A stretch of 63,957 bases of DNA, the filler included, from Trichomonas gallinae (Eukaryota), in the NCBI GenBank assembly GCA_008369845.1. It is 9 parts of 9 records of this genome, joined end to end, with 100 filler letters (N's around TTAATTAATTAA, not from the genome) between each part and the next. Parts side by side here need not be neighbours in the genome. Positions count along the whole stretch, not along the records: positions 32,029 to 54,242 come from MRSU01000776.1; 8 more parts are not named here. One strand, 5' to 3'. Both the position numbers and the translations under genes were made by a program. The notes under the pieces are model-generated. The model worked only from the letters and a program-made list of their open reading frames with translations, made no database searches and was not told the DNA's origin. Below are positions 33,738-46,000 of this stretch, piece after piece. The stretch's first letter is position 1. Every line of letters begins with the position of its first letter.

Positions 33738-36700
33738 TCACCTTTGTAGGAACATGGTCAATAACAACTTAGAAAGAGAGTCTACGGAATTATCTTTTTC
33801 GTCAAGACCTAAAAGGCGCTTAACACCATCCAATTCATCTCTCTTCTGTGAGTAATCTTTATGGAGATAGCTGACAAGATTCTTAAACGTTTCGTCATCA
33901 AGAGGCTTTCGTCCATCGAAGAGGTTGTTGAATTTGGATGCGAAATAAGCAAACAAGTTGCGCTTCTCAGTCTCGAAGCGAGATCTTTCATCATCAATCA
34001 ATGACTGGAACTTCATTTCTGTAGTCAAAACAACAGCTTTTGTCTGATTTTCACGAAGTTTCTTTTCACGATCAATTTCGTCATTCAACAAATTAATCTT
34101 TGAGTTAAGATCCTTGTTTTCATCAACCAAAGCATTGTTAGTCTTGTAAACAATCTTGTAGCGAGTCTCAGCTTCACTTAAAGCTGCTGTTAGTTTGTCA
34201 ATGATTTGACGTTGTTCTTCATTCTTAGATTTAATTGAATCAATTACGGAATCATATTGTTCTGACAAATCTTTCTTCTCTCTTGCGATGTTTTCTTTGT
34301 TTTCTTGTATTGTGTATTCGAGCTCTAACTTCATGTCTGCGATTTGGCGAGATTTTTCTTCGTTTTCAATCTGTGAACTCTCCAAATCTCTCTGGAGCTG
34401 TTTGATAAGATTTTCGAGTTTCTGGTTCTCAGCGATTTGGTCATCAAGAGCAAGAGACATTTCGTCAACATCATCATTTGCTCTCTTGATTTTATCTTCA
34501 TAGCCCTTGCGGACTTCTTCGATATCATATTCGTGTTCGATATCTTTTGCATTGTTGTATTCATCATTTTCATTTTGAAGGTGCCTGAGTTCGTTCTTCA
34601 AGCGAATTATATCTGATTCTTGCTCTCTTATCTTTTCGTTCAAAATTGACTTTTCTTCATTGAGATTTGCAATTATCTGCTGTTTAATTTCAGCATCCTT
34701 CTTAGACTGCTCAGAAATAGCGATAAACTTCGATTCTATCGATTTTCTGCAGTTTCTTTCATTCGCGCATTTCACTTTTTGTTCTTCGATTTGCGCGTTT
34801 GCAACTTTAAGAGATTTAATGAGTCGGTCGACTTTCTTTACAGCATTTTCGAAGTTGTCAGCATTGACAAGCTTTAATAGTTTCTGGCATGCGTTGTCTA
34901 TTTCATTTAACAACTCTGTCTTTCTGTTCAAGTCATTTATTGTTGACGACAAATTAGTAACGAAATTCGTTCCAATCTGTGGATCTTTAGCCAAATCGTT
35001 TGGAGTCAATTTGTCATCATTCATTACACCGGCGACATTATTAACGAATTCAGATAAAACATTGATAAACGATTTGAGTGAATTTGCTTGTTTTTCATTT
35101 TGTTTTTCTGTTGCGTTTAATTTGCTGTTGTAGTATTTGCTGATTGTCTCCATAACATATTTCAGCTTCGTGACTGTCTTGAGGCCTTGATTCGTCGAAA
35201 CATCAGAGATCTGCTGGATGAGCTCCTTAGGGAATTCGGAGCAGAACCATGATGTGACAGGAATTTCATCACTTTTAGAAACAACTTCATCATTCTTCTT
35301 TCTTTCGATTTCAAGTTGTTCCTTGAGCGATTTAATTTCTCTCTTCATCTGTGATTTTAGTTCGTTCATATCTGAAACTATCTTCTCGTTTAACAGTCTC
35401 TGCTTCAATACAATGCCGACTAATTTGTTTCTGTCGTTGCAGTATTTCTCTATTTCAAACTTTTGCTTTGCAAATAAATCTTTGAAAGATTCAACTGTTT
35501 GTTTGAGGTGATCTGATTTAGCTGTCTCTTCTGCAAACGCGTGCTTTGTTTGGTTGAATGTGGCTTTAGCTGCTTGTACTTGTGCAGTTGCAGATCTCGT
35601 CTGTTCTTCAAGAGAAGTGTTCAATATTTTCATTTTTTGTAAATCGTTTTGTGTTGAAGAAACTTGTTCTCTTAAGTGGTTGTTTTCTGTTCTTAACTTG
35701 GCAATGACTGTCTGAAGGTTGTCTTTGGCACCACTAAATGATGACAAGTGGCTCTGAAGTTCCTCGTTTTCACGTTTTGTTTCTGCGAGTTTGTTTTGTA
35801 AATTCATCAATTTCTCCATGAGATCTTTATTTTGGGCTCTAAGATTAGCCATCATTGGATCATGTTGGACTGGTTTTTCTGTTTGCTGTGGTGCTCTTGC
35901 TCTTAGTTTATCAATTAGATCTTGTAAACCAGCAATCTTCGATTCGTACTCTCCTTTCTCGTTATTGTGTTCTATATTCATGATCTCAATCTTATGTAAT
36001 GCTTGCTCAAGCTTTTGATTGAGATCTGAATTTTTAATTTCATATTCTATTTCAATATTCGATATTTTCTCTCTCATTTGGTTATTTTCTGTTTCTAATG
36101 CATTCTTACGTTTCCTTTCTGTCTTGAGAAGATTCCTAAGTTCTTGGATTTGATTTTCTTGTGAATCGCACAATTGTTGAAGCTGTTTTTCTTCCATTTC
36201 ATCATTTTTGTTCGTATTTTGCTTAATATACTCGATTAAATCCTTTGTTGTCGGGAAATTTCTATCGAAATATTTTTCACATGTTGTTTTAACTTGATCG
36301 AGCAGTAACATTATCGTTTTGATATCAGAATCTTTCTGGTTGATGTCTTTCTTAAGATTTTGTATCTCTTTATCGAGTTTTTGCTTGATTTGATCAAATT
36401 CTTCTCTTTCACGATTTATTCGAGCATTTATGTCATTGAGATCTGAAGGAAGGAGCCTTTGGTTTGTTTTTCTCTTGGAATCAAGCTCTTTTTGTAAACT
36501 TTCGTTTTGTTCGCATAAAATTTGAATTCTCTGGTTCAAATCTTTATTATCTGACTGTAATTGCTTGTTATCCTTTCTTAGTGAATCGATGATATTCTTA
36601 TTTTCAAGTAAAGACTGATTTATCGAAGACATTTCATCAAATTTGTCTTGTAGATACTGATTTGTCTGCTGAAGAAGAGAATTCTTCTTCTCTAATCGAG

Positions 36701-36770
36701 AAATCTTCGCAATGAGCTCACTTTCGTTGTCACTCATCGACTCTTCGCTGTTAAAATTCGAATTCTCCAT
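33738..36770 (-). CDS. Long coiled-coil protein (1010 aa)
   Basis: K/E/N/Q/L-rich heptad pattern throughout. Confidence 0.85.
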   Translation of the reverse strand: MENSNFNSEESMSDNESELIAKISRLEKKNSLLQQTNQYLQDKFDEMSSINQSLLENKNIIDSLRKDNKQLQSDNKDLNQRIQILCEQNESLQKELDSKRKTNQRLLPSDLNDINARINREREEFDQIKQKLDKEIQNLKKDINQKDSDIKTIMLLLDQVKTTCEKYFDRNFPTTKDLIEYIKQNTNKNDEMEEKQLQQLCDSQENQIQELRNLLKTERKRKNALETENNQMREKISNIEIEYEIKNSDLNQKLEQALHKIEIMNIEHNNEKGEYESKIAGLQDLIDKLRARAPQQTEKPVQHDPMMANLRAQNKDLMEKLMNLQNKLAETKRENEELQSHLSSFSGAKDNLQTVIAKLRTENNHLREQVSSTQNDLQKMKILNTSLEEQTRSATAQVQAAKATFNQTKHAFAEETAKSDHLKQTVESFKDLFAKQKFEIEKYCNDRNKLVGIVLKQRLLNEKIVSDMNELKSQMKREIKSLKEQLEIERKKNDEVVSKSDEIPVTSWFCSEFPKELIQQISDVSTNQGLKTVTKLKYVMETISKYYNSKLNATEKQNEKQANSLKSFINVLSEFVNNVAGVMNDDKLTPNDLAKDPQIGTNFVTNLSSTINDLNRKTELLNEIDNACQKLLKLVNADNFENAVKKVDRLIKSLKVANAQIEEQKVKCANERNCRKSIESKFIAISEQSKKDAEIKQQIIANLNEEKSILNEKIREQESDIIRLKNELRHLQNENDEYNNAKDIEHEYDIEEVRKGYEDKIKRANDDVDEMSLALDDQIAENQKLENLIKQLQRDLESSQIENEEKSRQIADMKLELEYTIQENKENIAREKKDLSEQYDSVIDSIKSKNEEQRQIIDKLTAALSEAETRYKIVYKTNNALVDENKDLNSKINLLNDEIDREKKLRENQTKAVVLTTEMKFQSLIDDERSRFETEKRNLFAYFASKFNNLFDGRKPLDDETFKNLVSYLHKDYSQKRDELDGVKRLLGLDEKDNSVDSLSKLLLTMFLQR

Positions 36771-37533
36771 TTTGTTGGCCGTTTAAAAATTCATTTTTAA
36801 ACCGAAAATGCATGATTTTACATTAAATCTAGCATCCTTATAACATATTTAATCCATTTTTACAATCAAAATTCGAAAATATTCATTTTTTAGATAAAAT
36901 CTCAAAATTTTCAAAATCCAATCGATTTTATACATAATTAAAGGTATATTTTATATTAGATCAATCAAATATCTATATATTTACACAAGAAAATAATTTT
37001 TGTTGAGTTTTTTATGAATATAAATTTATTCAAGTTTATTACATTAATAAACCTGTTTATTTCATAATATATGATTTTTCATGAGCAAACGGATTTGTTT
37101 CATTATATTCAAGTCCTTAATTCAAAGATTTTGTCCTCATGCATTTCAAATAAGGAAAAAGAAAATGAATTAAAACAATTTTAATTGTCTGGAATCCTAA
37201 AAATTAAATTATTCAATAAGAATTTCATCCAAAATTTACTATTAATCTAATATTCAAATTTTCGATAAAAATCTATGCAGGACATTAGTATCTTTTACCT
37301 CAATTTTATTGATATTTAAGAAATTTCCTCCACGAATTAAACCATTAGGACATAAATGGCCTCATAATATTTTTTACAAAAAATAATAACGCAAAAAGCA
37401 GACTTATAGTTCATAATATATATAACACACTATTTTATAGTTTGAAATCCTTGTCTTCAATCAAATTAATCACCATATCTAATAATATAACAAAATTTTC
37501 GAATTTTTGCTCGTAACAACAACAATATATTTA

Positions 37534-38082
37534 TTATTTCATGAAGTAAACATCTTTTCGTGTGATCAACTCCCATGGGCGACAGGTCAAAACATCAGGA
37601 AAAGTAATTTTTTGATTTAACAACGTGTAAGTGGAATATGCATCGGCACTATTATCTTCTGTTGTGTTTGTTTCTGGTTGAGGAGTTGTTTTCTCGCTCT
37701 CATCAGAGGATTGCAATAATTCTGGATGATGATGACACAAATACTTGTGCCATCTGTTTTTAACATTATTACCACTCCTTCCTACAAGAAATTGTGCAAT
37801 TTTCGACCATGAGTTTCCGTAAATTTTGTTTTTTTCTATAATAATTTGATCTTCTTCAGGTGTCCATGGTCTTCGAATGATCTCCTTGTATAAATAGTTA
37901 TTATATCTATCTCTGCATTGTCTGGAAGTTCTTCCTGGCAATTGCGCACTAATTTCTTCCCAATCTTTTAATCCTTCTTCTTGCACGAGTTTTTTAAGAA
38001 TTGCATCTTCCTCGGCGGAAAATCTCTTCCTGGAAGTCGAGAAATCGCCGTAGTATGCATCGTCAGTTGAACTTTCACTCAT
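37534..38082 (-). CDS. R2R3 Myb-like DNA-binding protein
   Basis: FSAEED...W...RTSRQCRDRYNNYL and PWTPEED...WSKIA...RSGNNVKNRW; ATG at 38082 directly after TCATT. Confidence 0.93.
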   Translation of the reverse strand: MSESSTDDAYYGDFSTSRKRFSAEEDAILKKLVQEEGLKDWEEISAQLPGRTSRQCRDRYNNYLYKEIIRRPWTPEEDQIIIEKNKIYGNSWSKIAQFLVGRSGNNVKNRWHKYLCHHHPELLQSSDESEKTTPQPETNTTEDNSADAYSTYTLLNQKITFPDVLTCRPWELITRKDVYFMK

Positions 38083-40051
38083 AATGAAATATTGAGGGTA
38101 TTTCAAAAATGTAATTCATTCAAAACCTCAAAATTTGGAATTTGCAAATAGTCACCATCCCATTCTACCCATCTGTAGAGATAGATATCGTAACGTTTTA
38201 CATCGCTGACCATATAAAACCGTCAGATTAATAGAGAATTTTTACGATAATTGAAAAAATTTCATCAGTTAATTTTAACAAGAGAATTGTATGCACCACT
38301 GCTGAAATGGAATTTACGGATTTCAAATTTTGGATTTATTTCTTTTCAAAAACGAAATATGTACATACAGAAAACTCAATAATGTCTCTAATTCCTTAGC
38401 ATTATATTTAATTTGAAATTCCTCTTCAGGAAACCCAATATTTCACAAAAACGTTCTCTTTGATAATATAAGCATATTTCTCCGATTTAAAACAAATGTC
38501 GCAGAAAAAATTTTTTCATCCATGTATGTATATTTATTGTCATTCTAAATTTTCCAATGTTTCAATAGGACCAAAAATTGAATTGTAATATATGTCAATT
38601 TAATATCTTTTAAATCTTTTAGTTTTCGCATATAAAGATAGTTTTTGTATATATTCGCACATGAATTCAAATATCGATTGGCGTAAAACTCATTGCAAAT
38701 CCTTCGATAATCCAGTGATTGTCAATTATTAAATTTTATCATGTTGAGGATCATTCAATTTATAACTTATTCAAATTTTTAAACAATTTTTTACCGCAAT
38801 GAAGCAAAACTTCGTTTTTACAGGTTTTTAAAAGCCAATGGGAGGATAATGCTGCCTTTTATGGTATATCCTTCTGTTCTTCATATTTTAGTGCAGCTGT
38901 ATCAATTTAAATTTCTCATCTTTCTTTTATAGATGGCCGTTCAAATAAATGATGTAATGATTAATATATTAAGGGCTAAATAAGTTGTCATTAAAACGAT
39001 CATTGATACGAAATTGCTATTTTGGATAAGAGGAAATTGCTTGTTACGTTTTAATGAGTCTTTTTGTTGAATAGTTTGCTCCGAAAATTTATGTAAATTG
39101 AATAGTAGTTACAGGTTTTTTATATTTTTATACATTCAAAAATCATTAAATCCTCTATATCAGGCTATATTAAGTATAATATTATTTACTGAACAAGTGT
39201 CACTTTTGAGGGGTTCTTATCAAATCTTATGTCTCACAAATTAACCAAAAACCCGTAATTAATATTTCACTTCATATTTTAACTATCATTAATATAGGTA
39301 TAGTATTTTATCATACCAATCCTATCATTGGCAAAAGAAATCAGATATATGTATCTGAACTCCCAAAACTTGTCAGCAAATAAATTCGATAAATTATTCA
39401 ATGCTAGAACCATTGTTTAGGATAAGTCAACATGAAGATATCTATGTTAGATCTCCAACATATGTTTTCTCTACTTGCAGGCTTACGGATAAAGAGCTTT
39501 TGAGTTTAAATTTTGACATTTGATGGGTTCGTAAGGTTCGAAAATTGTTTCGTGGTTCTTTTATATGAAATAACTCCTCATTTAAACATACTTTATTTAT
39601 AATTAAACTAAAGATTGTCAGATCTTTACTTGTCAGCTCAAATTCTAATTCAAAGATATCGTCATTGACATGTAAAATTAAATTGACAAAAATATAAAAC
39701 TCATTGAGATTCCTTGATAAATTTATATCAAATTAATATCATTAATGATAAAAATGAATGTGGATGAGATATACTAATCAAATTCTTTAAGAAGAGCAGC
39801 TACTTGAAGACAAGGAATCTCATAGGTCAACAGAAAATTTATCTTTAGAAATGGATCGATACATAAATGTTAATTTGATTTTGATTAAGGATGTCGTCAT
39901 GGATGAGCCTTAGAAAAATGCAAAAACTCATCCTCCAAGCCATGATTCTGTTTATATACAATTTTTGAATTTAATTAAATAATGATCAAATATATAACCG
40001 ATAAAAATATAATTTACAAATATATATACATATATAAATAAAATAAAGGAG

Positions 40052-43000
40052 TTAGTTTGGAAGATCAAGAGGAATAATCTCGATGTTACCACGCTTAAGA
40101 ACAGCGATGACAACACGATTGAATACTGAATAATGAATACTGCTTATCTCGCCTGCACAACGGATAAAGTACTCATCAATATCAACAAGGAAAGGATCGA
40201 AAAGGTATAAATCTCCACGCTTGTTCGCGAAGAGAATATAGTCAAATGACTTCTCACTGCTGAATGTGTACCATGTGAAGATTTCCATACCAATCTTTTT
40301 CTTTTTGACAAGGTTACCATTGATGTCGTGGACGAAAACGTAATGGTTAGCGCACTCGTTCGCATATGTAACTATGTATCCCATTGACGGCGTTATAGTA
40401 GTGAGAAGAGGACGGCAATCGCCAAGGCTCATTGTTCTTGTCTTTGTGCCCTCGAAAAGTGAGCACATGATCAAGCGGCAATTCTTGGTGCCCGCAACAA
40501 AAACTCTGAAGTCTTGTGATGCTGACAAACATGTAACATCTTCACCATAGAATGGAACTTCAAGTGTGCTTTTCTTGTGAATGACTTCGACGTGAGTTCC
40601 AACACTGCAAACACTGAACTGATTGCAGATGCACATTTTCGATGGAATAACATCTTTCAAGATATGTTTGCGAAGCAGGTTTGTGTATAGCATGTTCTCA
40701 TCGTTAATCATGAATAAGTGGTCTTTCGTGGCTTTCATGTAAATGGCATTCATCCAGCTTGTCAATGCACGTTTGAAAGTGATGATGTTCTTCTGGTGGA
40801 CGTCAATTGTGAACTTTTCGATGGAGCTGTTCACGCAAATGAAAACGTAAATGTGGTCATCTTCTTCGTAAATGCATGATGATTTAAGCTCTAGTTCGCT
40901 CAATGTCTCTATGTGGTGAGAGCGCTGAGTGTTCAACTTGAAAACATTCTTCTGTGGATGTGGATTGAAGAAAAGCTGAGGTGGAATCTGACCAACGTGC
41001 TGCTGGTTCGCCTTGATTTGGTTGATTCTAATATCATCGCAGTCTGTAATTGAGTCCCATACATCAGCATACATTTCTGGAAGATATATGTTGTTGTGCA
41101 ATTCCGCGTTCTTTCCGCGAATATTTACACCCCAAATCAAATCAATCCACGAATGCAAGTGCGAAGAAACATAGTCTGACTCAAGAGCACGACGCATCTT
41201 GTATACGAACTCACTTGGATTGTCATGAGACCATGGAGGAAGTTGCACATCATTGACATTCTGGCCAGAGACTTGGCCGAGATCGAAGTGGTTAGAATTT
41301 GTTAAGAACTCTGTAGTGAAGTAGAATTCAGGAATAAGCTCGCGATAGTCGTTGATGAAAGAAGTCACTAATCTGTATGACTCGTTGATAGATGAGAAAA
41401 TCCTTGCAGCGTGATCAAATCTTCCGCCTTGAAGGTCAACGTGTAATTTTGTGAATGGCTCAAGTCTGAGAAGCCACAGATAAACACTAAGAGGACAAAC
41501 AGCAAAGCTGCTGTATAAATAAGTAGACTGGCTGAATGTCTTCATGTCTTCAAGTCTTTCTATCAATTCGCCAAGTCGAACAGGATCAATGGCTCCAATT
41601 GGTTTTGTCAGATCACGATAAATATTCTCGTCTTTGAAATCAATTTCTTGTGAAGTGTAATCTTTCAACACCCATGGGAATAAAGGATAAACAGCTGCAT
41701 CGTTGAATGATCTGCCACCAATTATGTTCAAGTGCATCAAGTAGTCGAAATTTGACATTTTTCCTTCGCACCATAATTTTGTGTAAGGCAAAGAGTCGTT
41801 GAAAGTCGCGAAATTAAGTGTTGTTTGAATTGTTGTGTTTTTATGTTTGACATGCCTTGAGATCATGTTGACGACAGCAGTAGGGTCTGTGAAAACATTT
41901 ATAAAATACGAATGACCATCAACGCAAATTACTTCGAATGCTGTGACTTTTTGGAAAACAAGTCTCATGAAAACATATGAAATATCCGAATAATAAATTT
42001 CCTTGACTTTTCCAGATTCATATGTGAGTCGCATTAGAGTTCTGTAGAAAGTTAGTTTTGCTGGGAAATGGCCTGTAACTCTGTGAACTTCGCATGGAAT
42101 AGTTTTCAGTTGTCTTTCTTTGTGTGCGAAAGTTGTTTCTTCGTCATCTGAATCATTTAACTCTTTAATTGTCAAAACATTTGCCTGTTTAGATTCTGCA
42201 AGCTTCATTTCGAGTTTCTTGCGGTACTCATTCAGCATGATTTCAGCAGACTTAAAGCTGCCAGTATCTCGCGCGAAAGAAGCCATCATATGGTCATCGA
42301 AATGTTTATTTCTCTTTAGTTTCATTGGACAGAAGTTTCCGCACAATATCGGTGACCTCTTCCACTTTATCTCCTCATTTTCTCGTGAAACGTACCATGG
42401 AGCTCCGACTATTGTCAAGTTGCACCAAAGTTTGTTCCATGATGTTTCACATTTCGATGACATTGATGTCTGTAAGTTAGTGAAAGAAGTTACGTAGTTC
42501 CTAAATACAATTGCATGATCGATCATGTTGTCAATCATCGCCTGATCGCATCTTTTGAATGACATCAAGCTTGCGTTTTTAATATTTTTGTGGCACTCGC
42601 TGTAGAAAACAACGAAGAAGTTCGAATAAATAGAAATTATTTCTTCGAAAGCTAATTGTGCACTTTGGAATAAACTTGTAGTTGGCTTAATATTAGTTAT
42701 GCTACTCTTATACTCTGATAATCTCAATGAGAATAACTGCAAAAAGTTGGCATTATCTGATTCATTGTATTGAGATGTTTGCATCCACTTGATCCAGTCC
42801 ATGCAATCATTGTAATTCGACGTGATCAAGAAACTGGCTGCCATTACACCTAGAGGAATGAAGAGACTAACATTGTATTTCCTTATAATGTTCAAGAAGA
42901 TCAACGCTAATTCAGCATCTTTCCACTCGTTTCCTTCTGTCAGTTTCAGTCCAAATGTGTAGTTTGTTTCCATCGAAAGAACTGAATCAATTAATTTGTC

Positions 43001-46000
43001 AAACTCAGGGAAATAACCACCAAATGTTGCCCAAGTTGAATTGCATGGATCATATGTGTAATGCTGTATTTGTTCGTTTATTGTTACGGAGTTTTGGAAT
43101 GGAGATTGTTTGAAATATCTTAAAATCATTTTATCGAAGAATGGCGAATGTTGGAAGAACATCAAGTGCACGAATATATGCAATATCATCGTCACTACTT
43201 CGTTTGGTACGACATCTTCATTTAATATTATATCTGAGATAACAAGCAAAAAGTATTTCTTGAATTTTCGTGGACTAACTTTGTTCGTTAAACTGACGCA
43301 ATTAATCATTTCGTATATCTTCTTCCATTCAGATGGAGAACATTTGGCGATGAACTTGAGAATTTGCTTGGTGTGTTCTGGATCTGCTAGTGTAACCGCG
43401 GATATTACTGAATAAATGCACCAATTATAATTAACGACGAAATTTTTTGCAGGCCTGATCAAATCATATCCTTCGAAATAGTGTAGTTTGTGTATCAAAA
43501 ATGAGAACATTGGGAACAATTCTGGGACATCTTGAACCATCAAATTGGCAACATTGGCAACAATTTTATTGTCTGTGATATTTGAGGATGAAAAGTGGCG
43601 AATTAAAAGCTCCATTTCATCACTCAATGTCAAATTTCCATTTGCCAGTTTTTTATGCATCAAAACTACGATTTTGATCAGCGGGAAGAAAGTTGGTTCT
43701 GGGAAAGATGAGAATGCGTGGTACACACTGTGAAACATGTTCCAGGCATCAAGAGTTTGAGGGAAAATATCTTTTTTCGAATGTAATAATTTCAAGAAAA
43801 GTGTTGCTATTTCAAGTTTCGCCGAATCTACGCAAACGCCTAAGCAGCTGATTAAGAAATTATAATCATCAATAGAGAAACTCTCCAATGCGCAGTAATA
43901 GCAAATTGTTAAAATCTTCTGGCGCAAAATGTCAATTTCTTCGACTGAGATTTTTGACAAATCAGCGGTTTTTACATTGAAGCATGAAAACAGTGAATAA
44001 AGGTAATACCTGAACCCTCTAAACTTGATGAAGTAATCTTTGTATTCTAAGAAAGATATATGTATATAATGATCCAAAATTTTCTCTTGATCTTGGAATG
44101 ATGAAACTAAATACATGTCAAGCGATGATAATATTGTTTCAAAGAGCTGCCCTTTGAGGTCTTCATCGAGTAATCTGCAGAAAAGGTCATAGAAAACGAT
44201 ATAAAGAGTGAAATTGATGTGAGAAATACTGGAGCTCATGATTAAATGTTTCACGATATAGAATCCGTTCGCCTTGAAAAACTTTTGTTGCCCTTCAACA
44301 CTTGCGAGTAATGCTGAAGAAAGAATTTCGAAAATTGACAAAAACAAATCAGGATCTGAGCCATCTTGATTCTTGAAGTCAATGTGTGCGAATAATGGAA
44401 GTAAAACTTCTGCACCATAAAACTCGAAGAAAACTTCAGCAAAAGTTTTTCTGTTTTGTTCTAATTTTGTGTTCGCGCATGAGAAATATGACTTCACAGC
44501 TGTTTTGGCGCCTTGTCTGTAAAGCAAAGTGCATGGGAATGGGTATAAATCAATAGGAAATACATTCATATTTCCCATCTTGATACTGGTCTTGTTTGTT
44601 CCACCGATGACAACTTCATTCAAAACGAATGATGTTCCAAGCGAATAGTCGAGCAATAAAACTTCATTGTTGACTGCTAGAGAAAGTATACCATCAGGTG
44701 TCAGAGAAACAACAACGAATGACCACGATGTCGGTGAAAAGTTCCTTGATATCATCAGTTTATTCACTGCAACCCCAGATTTGCATATTGTGATGTTGAA
44801 ATTGTTGTTTTCGTCATTTGAAACTCTAAACAATTTAGACATAATTTCTGAATCAATCATCAGCCAACCTGTGAAAGTTACGCCTTTAGAGAAGTTATAC
44901 TGCTGATTATTTTCGAGTGGAACATTATTGACGTCAGATAATGAAACGTATGAATAAGGAGCAACGCGAGAGCCTTTGAAAAGTGTCGTCAATGTTTGTA
45001 AAATTGTTGAATGCGATTTCGAAATAAATTTGTTTTCTAATGATGGTGAAAGAAGATCGATGAATGCTTGAACGACTCTTGGAACTGATACTGTTGATGC
45101 AATTTTGCAAACAATACTGAAGAGCTTGGGAATTTTCGATAAATCTTCTTCATTTCCGTTTCGCTTTGCCTTGATTTCATTTATTAGAACTAAATCGAAA
45201 TCTGATTCTCTCATTTGATATAAGTTCGATATCTGGAAGTCCCCAAGTGTATCACTAAACTCAAGGACGTCAATCAAATCTGAGTTCTTGAAAATCGAAT
45301 AAATTATGTTCAGTGCATAAACGTGACAAATTGGAAGACGTGGATTAATTGCATCTATTCTAAAACCGAATAATAAAGATATTAAACTAAATAATATGGA
45401 CGAATCTGCTTTTTCTATTTTTGCCAATGGTGTCTGAAGATTTCGAATTGTTTTATAGTCGGCATTAATTCTGATAAAGAAATCTATAGTTTTGTGGATA
45501 AATTCGATTGGATCTGTATTTGGATTCCATTGATTCAGAAGATTAATAATTTCGTCAACTAAGTTAGAAAATTTTTCAACATCTCTCTCAAAGTTAATCG
45601 CTTGGAGTAAATCTCCCATCATTTGGTACCTGCCTGAATTCAGGCTTCTCAGCTGTGTCACAACAATTGAATTTATTTGAGAAATAATTGTCGGGCTTTT
45701 CGTAATATTTCCTTTCAATAAACTTAAAGCGAGTTTTCTTGTATTTTCATATAATATAAACATGACAATGAAAGATATAATAATATTGTCGCTGATAGCC
45801 AATTCAACTAACTTAGGAATTTTGAAAACTTCGACCAAGAGCAACAGCAAACTTTTCCTTGCTTTTTTGACAGCGATTAGCTGCTCTTCGTCTTCATAAT
45901 TTTCGCTAATCAATTGCATAACGTATTCACGTATAACTCTGATGAATTTCACTTGTTCATTCGGGTCTTCAATTGTTTCTAGAAGCCTGTCCGAAAGTAA